A DNA stretch of 64,000 nucleotides from Eimeria praecox. Lineage: Eukaryota. The translations under genes were made by a program, and so were the position numbers. The stretch lies in NCBI GenBank assembly GCA_963920595.1, contig OY986950.1, forward strand, positions 4,402,001 through 4,466,000, given 5' to 3'. Position 1 is the first letter of the stretch; every line of letters begins with the position of its first letter. Positions 1 through 10,899 of the stretch are shown here, one piece after another. The notes under the pieces are model-generated. The model was not told where the DNA came from. It worked only from the letters and a program-made list of their open reading frames with translations, and ran no database searches.

Positions 1-265
1 GCAAACACTAATTATGCAATTTGTTCCACACAAATAAAACCTCACCGACGGACTTGCGACTCTACGAGCTGCAGCACGGCAGTCCGCGCTAGGACACCGC
101 AAGCCATGAAAACAGAACAGAAAATAGCCACAACAAGGCAACTCACTAACACTCTGATGCTACTACTACAGCTTCACAGCCTAATCATCCCCGAACGTTT
201 TTCGGGGAAGTCTGCATATCGGCTACTCGTTCAGTTGCAGCACATGATCTAAAAGTTGCCCTCAC

Positions 266-1900
266 TCCGTGACTAGACGCTCTAGTGCAGGTGGTAAGCG
301 CAGGGCATCATCCTTAGCTTCTTGCTTTTCGCCCTCTTTACCGTTGTTCAACTGCTCGGCTATGGCGGAGCACAAGATCGGTTGTAGGTGCTGCTCCTGA
401 GGAAACAAACGAATTTTCGACCTTTGGTTCCATGAGCGCATTATTGTACTTTCCCCGCTGTGCAGTCATAGGGAACAGCAGAACGTGTTAACAGCCCAAC
501 AGAAAAGGACTCTGCACTGCAAACCCAGACTCATCAGCCTGCTCTTGCTCAGAGGCAGGCTCACATCCAATGCCAAAAAATTGCATAGGCATCCGCCATA
601 TGGCATGGAAGCGATGGCCTATCTGCCATTGGCAACTCATGTTAGATTTAGGCGGGTCATGCTAGGCTTTTTAAGCCTACAGCAGAACAAGTACTGCCGA
701 AAGTGCTGTGGATCCATTCACACCAGGAAGTCAAGATGAGAAATGGCTTGGCATTATATGCTTACCTTGTTGATTTTGAAGGCTCCAATTTCCTCGGCTG
801 TCTTCAAGTGTATAGCGAGGTTCGGCAAGTAGAAGAGAGGCTTTGGGATATGCACCAGTCTTTCTTCCACTTTTTTTCCTGCAAGGCAGCCGGCGGCAAA
901 GCCTCTATACAAGTGTTGCAAGACATATGGACGCTTACGCCATATTCGAGAATGTTACTAATGTGTACGCGCCCTCATCACTCCGGCAGGGTGTGCCTTA
1001 CCGACGCGAAGAGCAACCTTCCCAGCCATGCCAAGCCCCCTGTCAAACCACGTGTGCCAGAGGCCCCCTCCGTAACACTCCACGCTACCCTGTGATTCGT
1101 CGCACGCAAACAGCTATTCTCTATCGCTCACGATATCCAACGCAGGATATGGCTAAACTCGCTATGTAGGAGGGAGGTGGCACCGTGCTAATACGCCCCA
1201 ACAGACATACTACTTACCATGTGATACCCTTCTTTTTCCGCAAAGGCGCAGGGCCTCAGACGCAGACAGGGAGAGTCGGTGTGTGTTGCGGTTACGCAGA
1301 AACCACCGGCAGTGCCCTTCCCAAAGTCTTTCCCTGAGGCAATGCAGATATGACCTGTTTCCAACCCTAAAATCTACACTTGCTTGTCAGTAGCTTCTAG
1401 ACGGAGGCTAACATGCTTCATGCTGCAGCCACAGATGGATGTGCTCCGTCGTGGAAATGGTGCAGGAGCAAGCGGGAAATGAAGATACACAAAGGATGGC
1501 CCACCAACTACAAACGCCGCTATGCATGAACCGTTCCTTGTAACAAAATATTTGCCTCCGCGCACCATCTTCCATGCGGTCCTGTGAATATTGCAAAGTA
1601 TCAGGTTATGCTAGAATACACACTCCTGCGTAGCAGCATATGCCTTTTCGCAGCGGCTGTCGCTCCTAATGCTTTTCCAGCGCACATCCTTGCCCGTTAT
1701 GCATCGCTAGAAGCAGCTTTTGATCGCACTTTGCTGCAGACAGTACAGGGAGCAAGTGAGTCTCACCGCTCGTGAAGTTCCTCGAAGCCTGCATTGGTAA
1801 GGATATTCCTGACAGCTTGCACTGAGTGGTAGGGTGAACCTGTCCTGTTTACAAAGTGAATAAACCGCTCAGCTACCGGCCTTGCCAGTTCGAGCGCCAT
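266..1900 (-). CDS. DNPEP: M18 family aspartyl aminopeptidase, 5' exons only (gene runs off the left edge)
   Basis: ATG at 1900. Spliced exons give MALELARPVAERFIHFVNRTGSPYHSV..., ...GGKYFVTRNGSCIAAF, ATHTDSPCLRL, ECYGGGLWHTWFDRGLGMAGKV, LVHIPKPLFYLPNLAIHL and EQHLQPILC. These are the typical M18 motifs in the expected order, with GT-AG introns. Confidence 0.92.
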
Positions 1901-2586
1901 CCTAGAAAGACAGGCATAACAAGTGGCGCACAAGCCAAGCACGCACTGAGATGGCGAATATACCCTCCAAAAAATCGTTTTAGCCAATTATGAGGTTGCT
2001 ATGTAACCACTTTAGGCGTCATAGTTGTAGTTTCTTCACTTAGGAGGCGTCAATGGCTTGCAAACCTGTAGGGACCGTGGCAACAAAGGTGAATTTCATG
2101 GTCGGTCCACAGGAACACCAACGTACTTGTCACTTTGATGAAGAGTTGGCGTTCCCATGAGCAGCTGATGCAACAAAAAATAACGAATACTTTATTCATG
2201 TGACGAGCATTTATTCCTACATACCTATGTTACTGTCAACATGCGACAGGGCCCACGAACCGTGCAGTTGGATATGGGGCTCGCCTGCGGGCTCCGAAGC
2301 CCATGATGCTATTGTACATGTAAGGGAGCGGAGGGAAAATTATTTATTAAAGGCTAAGCAACAACACAAAAGGTTTATTTCCAAGTGTTACAACCACAAC
2401 AACAAACTGACAGGCTAGTAACGAGGAAAGACCACCTGCCGACTACGACTGCTCCTGTGCAAAATTTTCCGTTAGCCGCCTTTCAGGAATCAGAATCAAT
2501 TAGACAAGCTTTTGGCTAGTCTAGAGCTTTAACGGGAAGGTAGATGAAGGTAGAACAATACGCTATGATCGAAGCCAGCCATCGAA

Positions 2587-2658
2587 GGGCTGGTGGTGTA
2601 GGGGTATCACGTTCGCTTCGCATGCGAAAGGTCTCGGGTTCAATTCCCGACCAGTCCA
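2587..2658 (+). tRNA. tRNA-Ala, anticodon CGC
   Basis: Acceptor stem GGGCTGG/CCAGTCC-A with the G3:U70 Ala identity pair. Anticodon arm TTCGC-TT CGC AT-GCGAA. T-arm with GGTTCAATTCC. Length 72 nt. Confidence 0.95.
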
Positions 2659-2949
2659 CTGATCCTTTAAGCTGCTTTGGGGGGTTGCTGTTGACATTGC
2701 TCATCAACGTGGAGTTTATAGACTTTTAAATTGTGCGTTCCTAGTTGTGAGCCAAGGCGTCGCATGGTGCAGTGAACTCGAAACATTCAACCAAAAGGTT
2801 TATATAGTAGCAGGCTCAGGCAGGCGTAGCACCAAGAAAGCGGTCTCTTTTGCTAGCTTCTGGGATCGTCACGTGTGGCTGCCTAACAGAATAGCCTTGA
2901 TTCCTTTGAAAGGGAAGGCGTGTACGCAAGTAGCTAAGCTGGGATTTTT

Positions 2950-4388
2950 CAATTGCAGCTGGATTCCCAGTCGCACGTGACTGCAAAAAGAGCTACCTAG
3001 AACGAATTTCGCTAAATTATACCTCACTTTGAGCCCCTGCTGCTCTTTGGCTCCCCTCACCCCTATAAAAGCGTGCAACGAGAGGAAACCCACATTACAT
3101 ATCTCTGCTCCGGACCTCGTCACGCAGTAGAGTTTTTGAGTCGTCTGCAGTCTGAACTTCGACGGGTAGCCTGCTCGTCCGCCGCTAGGTAAAGAATCCA
3201 TGCCTGCTATTACGTCCTGGGCATTTGCTTGCAGATTCACCCCAAATGCATTTGCCTAAGACACATATTATCAGTCTGGACCAGCCGCTAACCGATTGCC
3301 TCTTCCCTAAAGATAGCCGCACTATGAACCAGTTTGATAGGAGTTTGCTCTCCACCACTGGCCATCTGTTCACTGGCCACTGATGCCTCTCGATGCGTTC
3401 TATGGGCAGGTTCCCTTGAATGAGTCTTTTCAGTTCCGCCATGGCCTGCTCCCTTGCAGACCTGGGAATACGCCTGCACCGCAGGACTGCCCGGAGGGAT
3501 TGCATGAGCCTAGTGTGTTACAAGAAACCGGCATATTTGCTTAGGTATAGCCACCATCATCATTATAAACCCTTCAAATAGAGAAGATGCCAATTCTAAC
3601 AGTATAGGCCTTCGATAGCGTTTCGAAAACGATGGTATATGTTGAGGAAACCAAAGAACTCCTCTGCTACCTCCGCCTCGAAGGACCCATAATATCTGGA
3701 TGGCCGACAGAGTCGGAGGCATTCCCCACGAATCGTTTTTGGCGGGAATTCACTTACCACCGGATGAGATGCGGAAATTAATCCTCTTTCAGCACAGCGA
3801 AGCTCCCGCACGTCAGTTGGCAGATCATCATCAGTATCGAATATGCAAGTCGAAAATGTTGAGGTGTTGGTAAGAATTGTTCAAAAATGCTTAAGGGTCT
3901 GTTTGCATCTTCTCCTTTTTTTCTTATCAGTTATTGCTACGCGCTAAGCTGGCCTGTTGCGAGGCTGATGTTCGTTGCTAGCACATATCCCAACAAATTA
4001 TTAACGATTCGGTGATTCCAAGTATAACGAGAGTCCTCAATATTAGCCGAGGGGCGTCACGAGCCGCAATAGACTCAAAGGCTTAACGAATGGGCTTGCA
4101 AAAAGCTGCCGGCCCTTAGCCTCCCGGCGCCTTGGGTACAGATTCCCAAGGGCCTGTATTGGAGGAGACAGGATCAATACTGTCATTGGCTGAAACGCAC
4201 CTTGTTGCAGCTAGCAAGGGCAGCCCTACACGCACGCAGAGGTAGGAGTCCTTTGTTGCATGCGCTAACATTGTATACTGTAGTGTAACATGTATTTAAA
4301 GACTTCCTTAATCCTCAGCTGTACACCTGCGAGCCAGTAGGAATACAAGCACCAGCATCACGCAGAGCATGCTGCGCAGAATGCTACA
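2950..4388 (-). mobile_element. Ty3/gypsy LTR-retrotransposon relic E1 (5' LTR + decayed gag, 3' truncated)
   Basis: gag-like LRAVLRCRRIPRSAREQAMAELKRLIQGNLPIERI (~3390-3500) matches the gag at 47392-47640. Zn-knuckle-like tttgcagt segment at ~2980. 4023-4388 is homologous to the LTRs at 48021-48348 and 43335-43689 (e.g. gcatgcgctaacattgtatactgtagtgtaaca vs gcatgcgctagcagtgtaggctgtactgtaaaca). Confidence 0.8.
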
Positions 4389-4960
4389 CAAGCATTCGCC
4401 CACCAGCGCTCCCTTTAGAACGATTAGGTAGGAACCTATAGTACCGAAATTTACCATGAAGAAGGAACAGTCTAAACGAAATATTGCAATCATGATCTTC
4501 TTGCAGAAGGGCGATGGCATCAGGGCCCAACACTTGAGGTCCACCCAAGAACCCCGTCTTGCGACACAAATGCTGGCGCACCCGCAGGGTTTATATGGGG
4601 GCAAGTAGCGCCTCAAACGCCTAACTGACCTAAATTATTACTACATTTTTGTTTTATATTAACAAGGCCTGGTGTTCTTATGGCAGGTAGAACTAACTGT
4701 TCTGCTGTTACTCTTGATTGGGTTAACGTGCACAGAACGCGTGCACACCCAGCCCCAAGCATTGGCATCAGTTCTTTCTTAGATTAGCGTAAGGCTTGGA
4801 AACTTGGCACTTATTCAGAGAATCAGAAATGTTATGGAGCTAGCATATCTTTCCCGCGTTATATGCGACTATTGGTGCGAGTTTCAGGGATACTGCAGCT
4901 TTCGGACCCTGGGCCGGTACAGCAGGGGCCCGAGGGGCCCCCCAGGACCGTCCCTAAGCT

Positions 4961-5974
4961 ATGGCTCCTTTCCTGCTCTTGCAGCGCCTACTGGTCTTTT
5001 TGTGTGCAGTGGCTTGCGCAGCAGTGACAGGGATTGGATTATGTCGGGGTAGATATCCACGGAGGCTTTATGCGGGATTTCTAGGTACTTTCGAACCTGT
5101 ACCGTCAAGGACGTGGCCGCCCTCTCTGGCACCCTCCACCCCTGTTCTTAGAGGACACCCCGTATCCTTCTCCTTGGCAGCGGCCACCAAGGCTGCAGGA
5201 GCGTCACAAGACGTCTCCGGCGAGGCTCTAACTTTCGTGGACTGGGGGAGAGGCCCGTTCACTGCCCTGAGCTCTGAAGAACTCCTGCACCAGCAGCAGC
5301 TTCAGAATCGGCAAAGGAACAAAGACGGCAGTCAAGTGTGTGGTCTGCTATATTGTACATCGTGGGACCCCCGATCTAAGGGCCTCGTATCTGCTATCAG
5401 GCTGCTGCAGCAGGATGCTAAAGAAGCCAGTGAGGGCCCGCATATCTGTGAAGATGAGCAAACTCAGCTCCCGCAGTACCCCATACTTGGGGTTAAGGTC
5501 ACCAATAGCCTCGTCATAGCTAGAGGCAGAAGGGCCCTTGCTAAACAGCGGAGGATGGCGTGCAACATGAAGCAACTCCGCCACAACGAACGGGCGTTAA
5601 GGTTCATGCTGCAACAGCAGACACCTATGCAGCTGCGAGATCTACCGGCGCTTCAGCTGTACTCCCCGCAGCAGCAGCATCAGGAGCGTGAGCAGCATGA
5701 AGGCGAGGCCGCACGCATATCGCCAATGCAGCAGCTCCTTGAGATCCGTTCCCTAGGGCCTCGGACCCTCAAGCACTTAGGTGAAGATGAAGATGCCATA
5801 CGTGGCGCGTGGGGACCTGAGGGACCGCCTGGAGGCCCATCAGAGGCGGGCCTCCTTTGTGCGTGGCTACGGCGCCTCGGCCAGCTATACGAGGACATGT
5901 TGAAGGATATCGTCGAGAAGAGGCTCCAGCAGGCCGAGGAAGAATACCCAATATACACTTCTTACAACCCCTAA
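4961..5974 (+). CDS. Hypothetical protein, probable signal peptide plus transit peptide (apicoplast-type leader)
   Basis: 337-aa intronless ORF from an ATG. Hydrophobic N-terminus (MAPFLLLQRLLVFLCAVACAAVTG) followed by an Arg-rich, acid-poor stretch. Weak thioredoxin-like segment GLLYCTSWDPRS. Confidence 0.7.
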   Translation: MAPFLLLQRLLVFLCAVACAAVTGIGLCRGRYPRRLYAGFLGTFEPVPSRTWPPSLAPSTPVLRGHPVSFSLAAATKAAGASQDVSGEALTFVDWGRGPFTALSSEELLHQQQLQNRQRNKDGSQVCGLLYCTSWDPRSKGLVSAIRLLQQDAKEASEGPHICEDEQTQLPQYPILGVKVTNSLVIARGRRALAKQRRMACNMKQLRHNERALRFMLQQQTPMQLRDLPALQLYSPQQQHQEREQHEGEAARISPMQQLLEIRSLGPRTLKHLGEDEDAIRGAWGPEGPPGGPSEAGLLCAWLRRLGQLYEDMLKDIVEKRLQQAEEEYPIYTSYNP

Positions 5975-6180
5975 TGCCGCAGGCCACACTCTTATCGAGT
6001 TCTAACAGACTGGCAAGATACGAAAGCGACCACAACACGAGGGACATGGGAACGGTTGCGTGGGACAGTATATGAAGCGGTCAGGAGCCGCCAGTGCCAG
6101 TGCCAGCTGCTGGAATGCAGCAGCAAATGTGGGCAGTGCGGGTAGGACAGCTGTAGCGAATAGCCTGCAGATATATAGCA

Positions 6181-6201
6181 TATATATATATATATATATA
6201 T
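6181..6201. repeat. (TA)n microsatellite
   Basis: About 10 TA units between two convergent genes. Confidence 0.9.
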
Positions 6202-6492
6202 GCAAATGAATGCATATGCATTCTACTACGCTAATTAGTGTGAAAAGATTCGCCTCTGTAGCGTTTCCTTGGTGCTGAGAAGTACAGCGAGCTGAGGATA
6301 CACGTGCAACAGGACGAATTCTTGGGAAAGCAGAACTTAATCAATTTCGTTTTTTTCCAGAATTTAAAGAGCTAGAGGACTTTGCAGTGAGTCAACCTCC
6401 CTGCCTTTGAAGGCAATGGACGACTGCTACAGTGGCAATAGGAAGCAGAATGCACATGGCAGGCCAGGTCTGGAACAGGCAAAGAGCAACAG

Positions 6493-9220
6493 CTAGATGG
6501 ATCCAGTCTCCAAGAATTGCTGTCTAGACACTGAAAACTGCATGTATACCCCGTCATCATGGGCCCAGTTGCTGGCTCCTAACCAGGCACTGTGCTGCGG
6601 ATCTTCGTGCTGGAAAATATTGATCGGCCAATGCTGCAAAAACAAGGCAGAAGGCCGCATGCCGTGAACATTAGCCGTAGCCCAGCATACTCACTCTATA
6701 TCCCACGACAGACCGGATGTAGTCCATACAGAACGTCAAGCAAGTACAAGCTTCAAGTTGTAAGCAACTCGCAAAGGACGATGACTAGACACAGGGGGAG
6801 GGAGGTGCGGGGTACTAAGTTGTGAGACCACGTAAGCTGACACACACTGGGCAAGAATCAAAAGGAAGAAGAGGTGCAACAGGGAAGCACAGAGCGGCAG
6901 CAATGCAGTTGAGGTGTGCCTATTAAATACCTCTGGCAATGCTTCACGCAGTTCGTGCCATAGCCTCTCTTTGAACCCTCTGAACTTGGTACTGCCGCCA
7001 ACAAGAAATATCTGAGAAGCGAGAAAAGGCTGGGCTTCGATTGGGGCTTTGCAAATAGCCCGGTAGACCAGCTCCCCCACCCCGCACTCTGTGCTGCCCC
7101 CATCTGCGGCAGAGCAGGCGCAGGAGCAGCACACTGCAATCAACCTGTCGAGGCATCAAGAAGTCTGTTTTTCCCCCAAAGCTAACACAGGCCATCCATG
7201 CTATTATCAGGCAGACGCCCGCACGTACGAGCACTCAATTCTACGTGTGCGGAAACGTCGAAAAGACTCCCTGCAGTTTGCGTACATCTCATGCACTACT
7301 AAATACGCATCGAATGCAGCTAGAAGGAGGACATCTCGACACAGAAGTGATGTCAATGCCCGAATTTGCAGGTGAGTACTCTGTCCTCTGTACTTACAAA
7401 TGCGCCCACACAGGTGGTGCAGCTGAAGGGTTCCCTTGTACAAGCAATTCAGCGGCACATGAACGTGTCTACCTTTGCTAATCGTATGTGGATCAATTGT
7501 ACAAAAGTATTTCTACTCGCCAAGGTATGTGTAGTAGGTGAGGCAAGAAAAAGCAAATGACCTCAAGAGAGGCAAAACCTGTAGGTGGCAAGGGTGTGTT
7601 GAAGGGGGACACCACTTAGAAAAGCATGATTGCTTGCCTTGAGGCCTGAACAATATTTCTGGTACTACCAGCCTCTCCGTCGATAGCTTCACCGTGGGTC
7701 TTGTAGGCGCCACCGGCGGGGCCCAAGAAGAGTCCTCTGGGGTCTTCTCGGCCTCTTTCTGGCTCTCAAGTGCAGGGGGAGCCGCATCGCTTGTCTCTCC
7801 GTTGCTGCTGCCGCTGTTGCTACTGCTGTTGGCCTTTTCGGCACCGCTAGACTTTTCCAAAAAAGAGAGATCTGGGATGGGCGCAGGAGAGTGTGTATGA
7901 AAGTAGGCGGCCAGTTGCGACTTCTGGAACGCAGCACACTCAAACCATACAGGGAGCCCCAGATGGCCCTCAAAGCGGAATGTGTAGGCCTCCCCACTTC
8001 ACTATACGCCTCGTTGTCTATGCCTTTCAATAAGGCCCACAGGATCTGGAGAAAAGGCTCCCTCAGACTGTGGCTGCGCTTCCCTGCTTACCGTAAGAGA
8101 ATAATCTGGGGTGTCCCTCTCCACCAAGAGGGGCCCATCTAAATATGCCGCTCGTCGGCCTCCAGGCAAACTACGAAGGAGGCGCAGGACTCGCATCAGA
8201 TCCACAGTAAGGAAGCAGGTCTCTTCCTTAAGCTGTACATGAGCCGCAGCACAAGGCAAACAGCAACGCAAAAGACCGCAACCGGTGAACCCCCTTTCTC
8301 TTGGTCCCCCACGGAGCAGCTACTACTTTCATTTTCTCTGTATTTACCTTCTGAGCGAATAACTCGTTCTTCTCAAGACTTAGCCCGCGCGTTAGAAGCA
8401 GATTCTTGAGGTAGGCGTTGGCGTGGGTCCCGCCAATCTCGGACCGCAGGGCTGACGCCTCCAGAGCCGAGTAGTTCACAAAAGGAACCGCATGGGAGGC
8501 GCTGAAACCGACATCCACAGTCAAGCCAAAAGGGTTTCTTCCTGGGCTCACCTGGCCCACTAAACTGGGGTCCGCTGCTGGTGCTGCTGCTGCCAGCTGA
8601 GGAGAGAAGCAAGGGTCCGCTGAAGATGCCGATGCAGCTGAAGCCCCGCCCTTGCCTTTGGCAAGGGCGGGACTGTTATGGCTCCCCGCACCTCCGCAGG
8701 GCCCGACAATCCCTGGGGGGGCAGCATCAGGACCGCTGTAGCAGGTGACACCCATGCGCTTGGCCCTTGGAGGGGCACAAATGTCTTGCGCCCCCCAACC
8801 CATACCCCAGAACGCATAGGGAACTACAGCCTGTGCTGCCACAATCGCTATCCGCTCCAGTCCCAAATCTTCAAATAGTATTTCGCTGACTTGGTGCCGC
8901 AAGGGAGCTGGGGTCAAGAGGGGCTCTGTAAAGGCAGCACCGCTGAGCTCCTTGGGGTCAGCCCCTAGGTACTTTTTGCTGAAGGTGAGGTCTATTATGT
9001 CGCGGAGCATCTCCAAGTTGGCCCAGAGACCACCTTGACTAGGCCTGGAGCAGATATACTCCTGGAGACAGTAGCACTCCTCACTCAAATACAGCTGTGG
9101 GCGGCGCCGTACTGCCCCCGAGCATGTGGGAAGCACATAACGGGCCTTTCCCTCCCCTGCCCAACCAGCTTTGACAGAGCCTGTGCCGAGGTCCAGCACT
9201 GCCCTTTTGCCGCTCTGCAT
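6493..9220 (-). CDS. ARP6: Actin-related protein, ARP6-like (4 exons)
   Basis: MQSGKRAVLDLGTGSVKAGWAG, FTEPLLTP, VDVGFSASHAVPF, LKEETCF, ERLVVPEILFRP, IFLVGGSTKFRGFKERLWHELR. Last exon HWPINIFQHEDPQHSAWLGAS...VSRQQFLETGSI*. The actin fold is clear, and the subfamily is assigned by motif resemblance only. Confidence 0.8.
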
Positions 9221-10564
9221 TTTCCATTGCAGACGGGCAGGAAGCAGAAGCAATCGACTGGACAGCCGCCAGAGATGGGCAATTCAATTTGCCCAGATGC
9301 CTACACGTTCCCGATGACCCAAGCTAACTAAAAATGTTAGCTTGTACACCCTGCTCTGAGGGCACCAATGGGCTGTATTGAGCTGCTGAAGGGGCCCCCG
9401 CTAAGGGCCCCTCGAGTACCCGGCACGGTTAATGGCCTGGGACTCGAGGAAACCTGGAAATGTAACAGTATTAGGAACAGGCAATGCAAAACCGATTTAA
9501 ACCGTCTTTATTTGGCGAGAACACTGTGTAACTAATATTAACAAGGCATTGCAGCATTGTGGGGCTGGATGCGTACGAACAGGAACACGCCACGAGAGAG
9601 GAGAGACCACTCCTCCTGGAGAGTTTGAGATTCTCCAATAATATGCGTTTTCGCTATGATGAAGCACATATTTTCTTCATAGATGATCACGAAAATTGAG
9701 TGCATGTACATCCGCGTTGGCCCCGGATAGCCTAGCCGCTATGGTTGCACATCCCGCCCTAGAGGCCAGACCACTTGTCGAGAGTGGCGCAAGATTAGCT
9801 CGGTCTCGTGAGATGCTTATATATTTGAGGCCTGCAATAAGTCAGCAATGCGCCTGCAAACAACATAGAAGTGCCACCATCCAACCAGTGGACTGGGTGA
9901 CTCCAGCATGTTTGCGTGACGCTGGAGTTGGCATCCCTGCTTGGTCTCACGTTCACTGTGGAGGATCAAGTAGGTGCTGAAGGTCAGACTACATGGCAGG
10001 CTGCAATGCAAACGAATTCTTCAAAGGGTCATTGGCTGCGCCTGCGTGTAAGCTGCCTTGCCCCATTAACCAAAGTAAGGTACATACAAGTTGCATTGTT
10101 TAGCAGAGTCTGCCCGAAGCTAGCACAGCTAGCAGCATTCGCCTGGCCGTTCAGGCTGGTTGCACACATGTAGAAGTGCTCAGCAACTCTATACAGAGAT
10201 AATGTAGAAAGGAAGGTTCGGTTCTGCGTGTATGTGAGACTGCTTCGTCGCGTTAGCTGCAGCGGGGTGCGCTGCGCTGCAGCGGGATGCACTGCACCTT
10301 ATGTCAGGCAGCTTCCTCTCCCTCAGTCCCAGGCTCTGCGCCCAGGACGCCTGGAGGAAAGGGGAAGGAGATCAGATGCTTACTCTTACCTCAAGCCTTA
10401 TTATGGCTTCTCTGCGGCTCCCGGCAGTCCTCGACTAATATCGAGGTCATTTGGCACGTTTGCTAGCACTAAAATTGTCAATGGTTTACCAGGGGAGGCG
10501 CAAGAAACGAACTTCTTCTGAGACGGCGTTCTCGATCATAACTGAGGGCAGTCACGGGCTGCAA

Positions 10565-10653
10565 TGAAGTGCAATGAAGTTACAGACTCAAAGAGATAGT
10601 ACTTCACTGCACTTCACTGAAGTGCAATGAAGTTACAGACTTAAAGAAATAGT
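10565..10653. repeat. Direct-inverted-direct micro-repeat
   Basis: A 36-nt unit at 10565-10600 recurs at 10618-10653 with 2 mismatches. The spacer acttcactgcacttca is the near reverse complement of the unit's 5' end. Confidence 0.85.
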
Positions 10654-10899
10654 GCGTAAGGAGCAGCTGATATTCCTTCCAGCCAACAGGCAATCTGCAA
10701 ACAGCTGCCGAAGGGCCTCAGCTGGCGGAGACACGAGCAGGCCTGCCATGGGCTGCAACGCTCCTTGCTGCAGCTAGTGCTGCAAGGCAGCCATCACTTG
10801 CATGCACAATCAATACCGCTTTGTTGCATGAGGTAGCATTGTAGATCGTAGTTTGGACTGCCCTTAATGACTCATTTGATCCCGGTAGTCAGGCTGCGA

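Noticed and set aside
9461..9593. Possible 3' LTR of element E2 (tgtaacag...gatgcg...cacgccacg)
   Set aside because: The similarity is weak and the adjacent purine tract is on the wrong strand for a PPT.
10560..10656. CRISPR-like repeat-spacer-repeat
   Set aside because: Only two repeats, the spacer is an inverted copy of the repeat, the context is eukaryotic and there are no cas genes.
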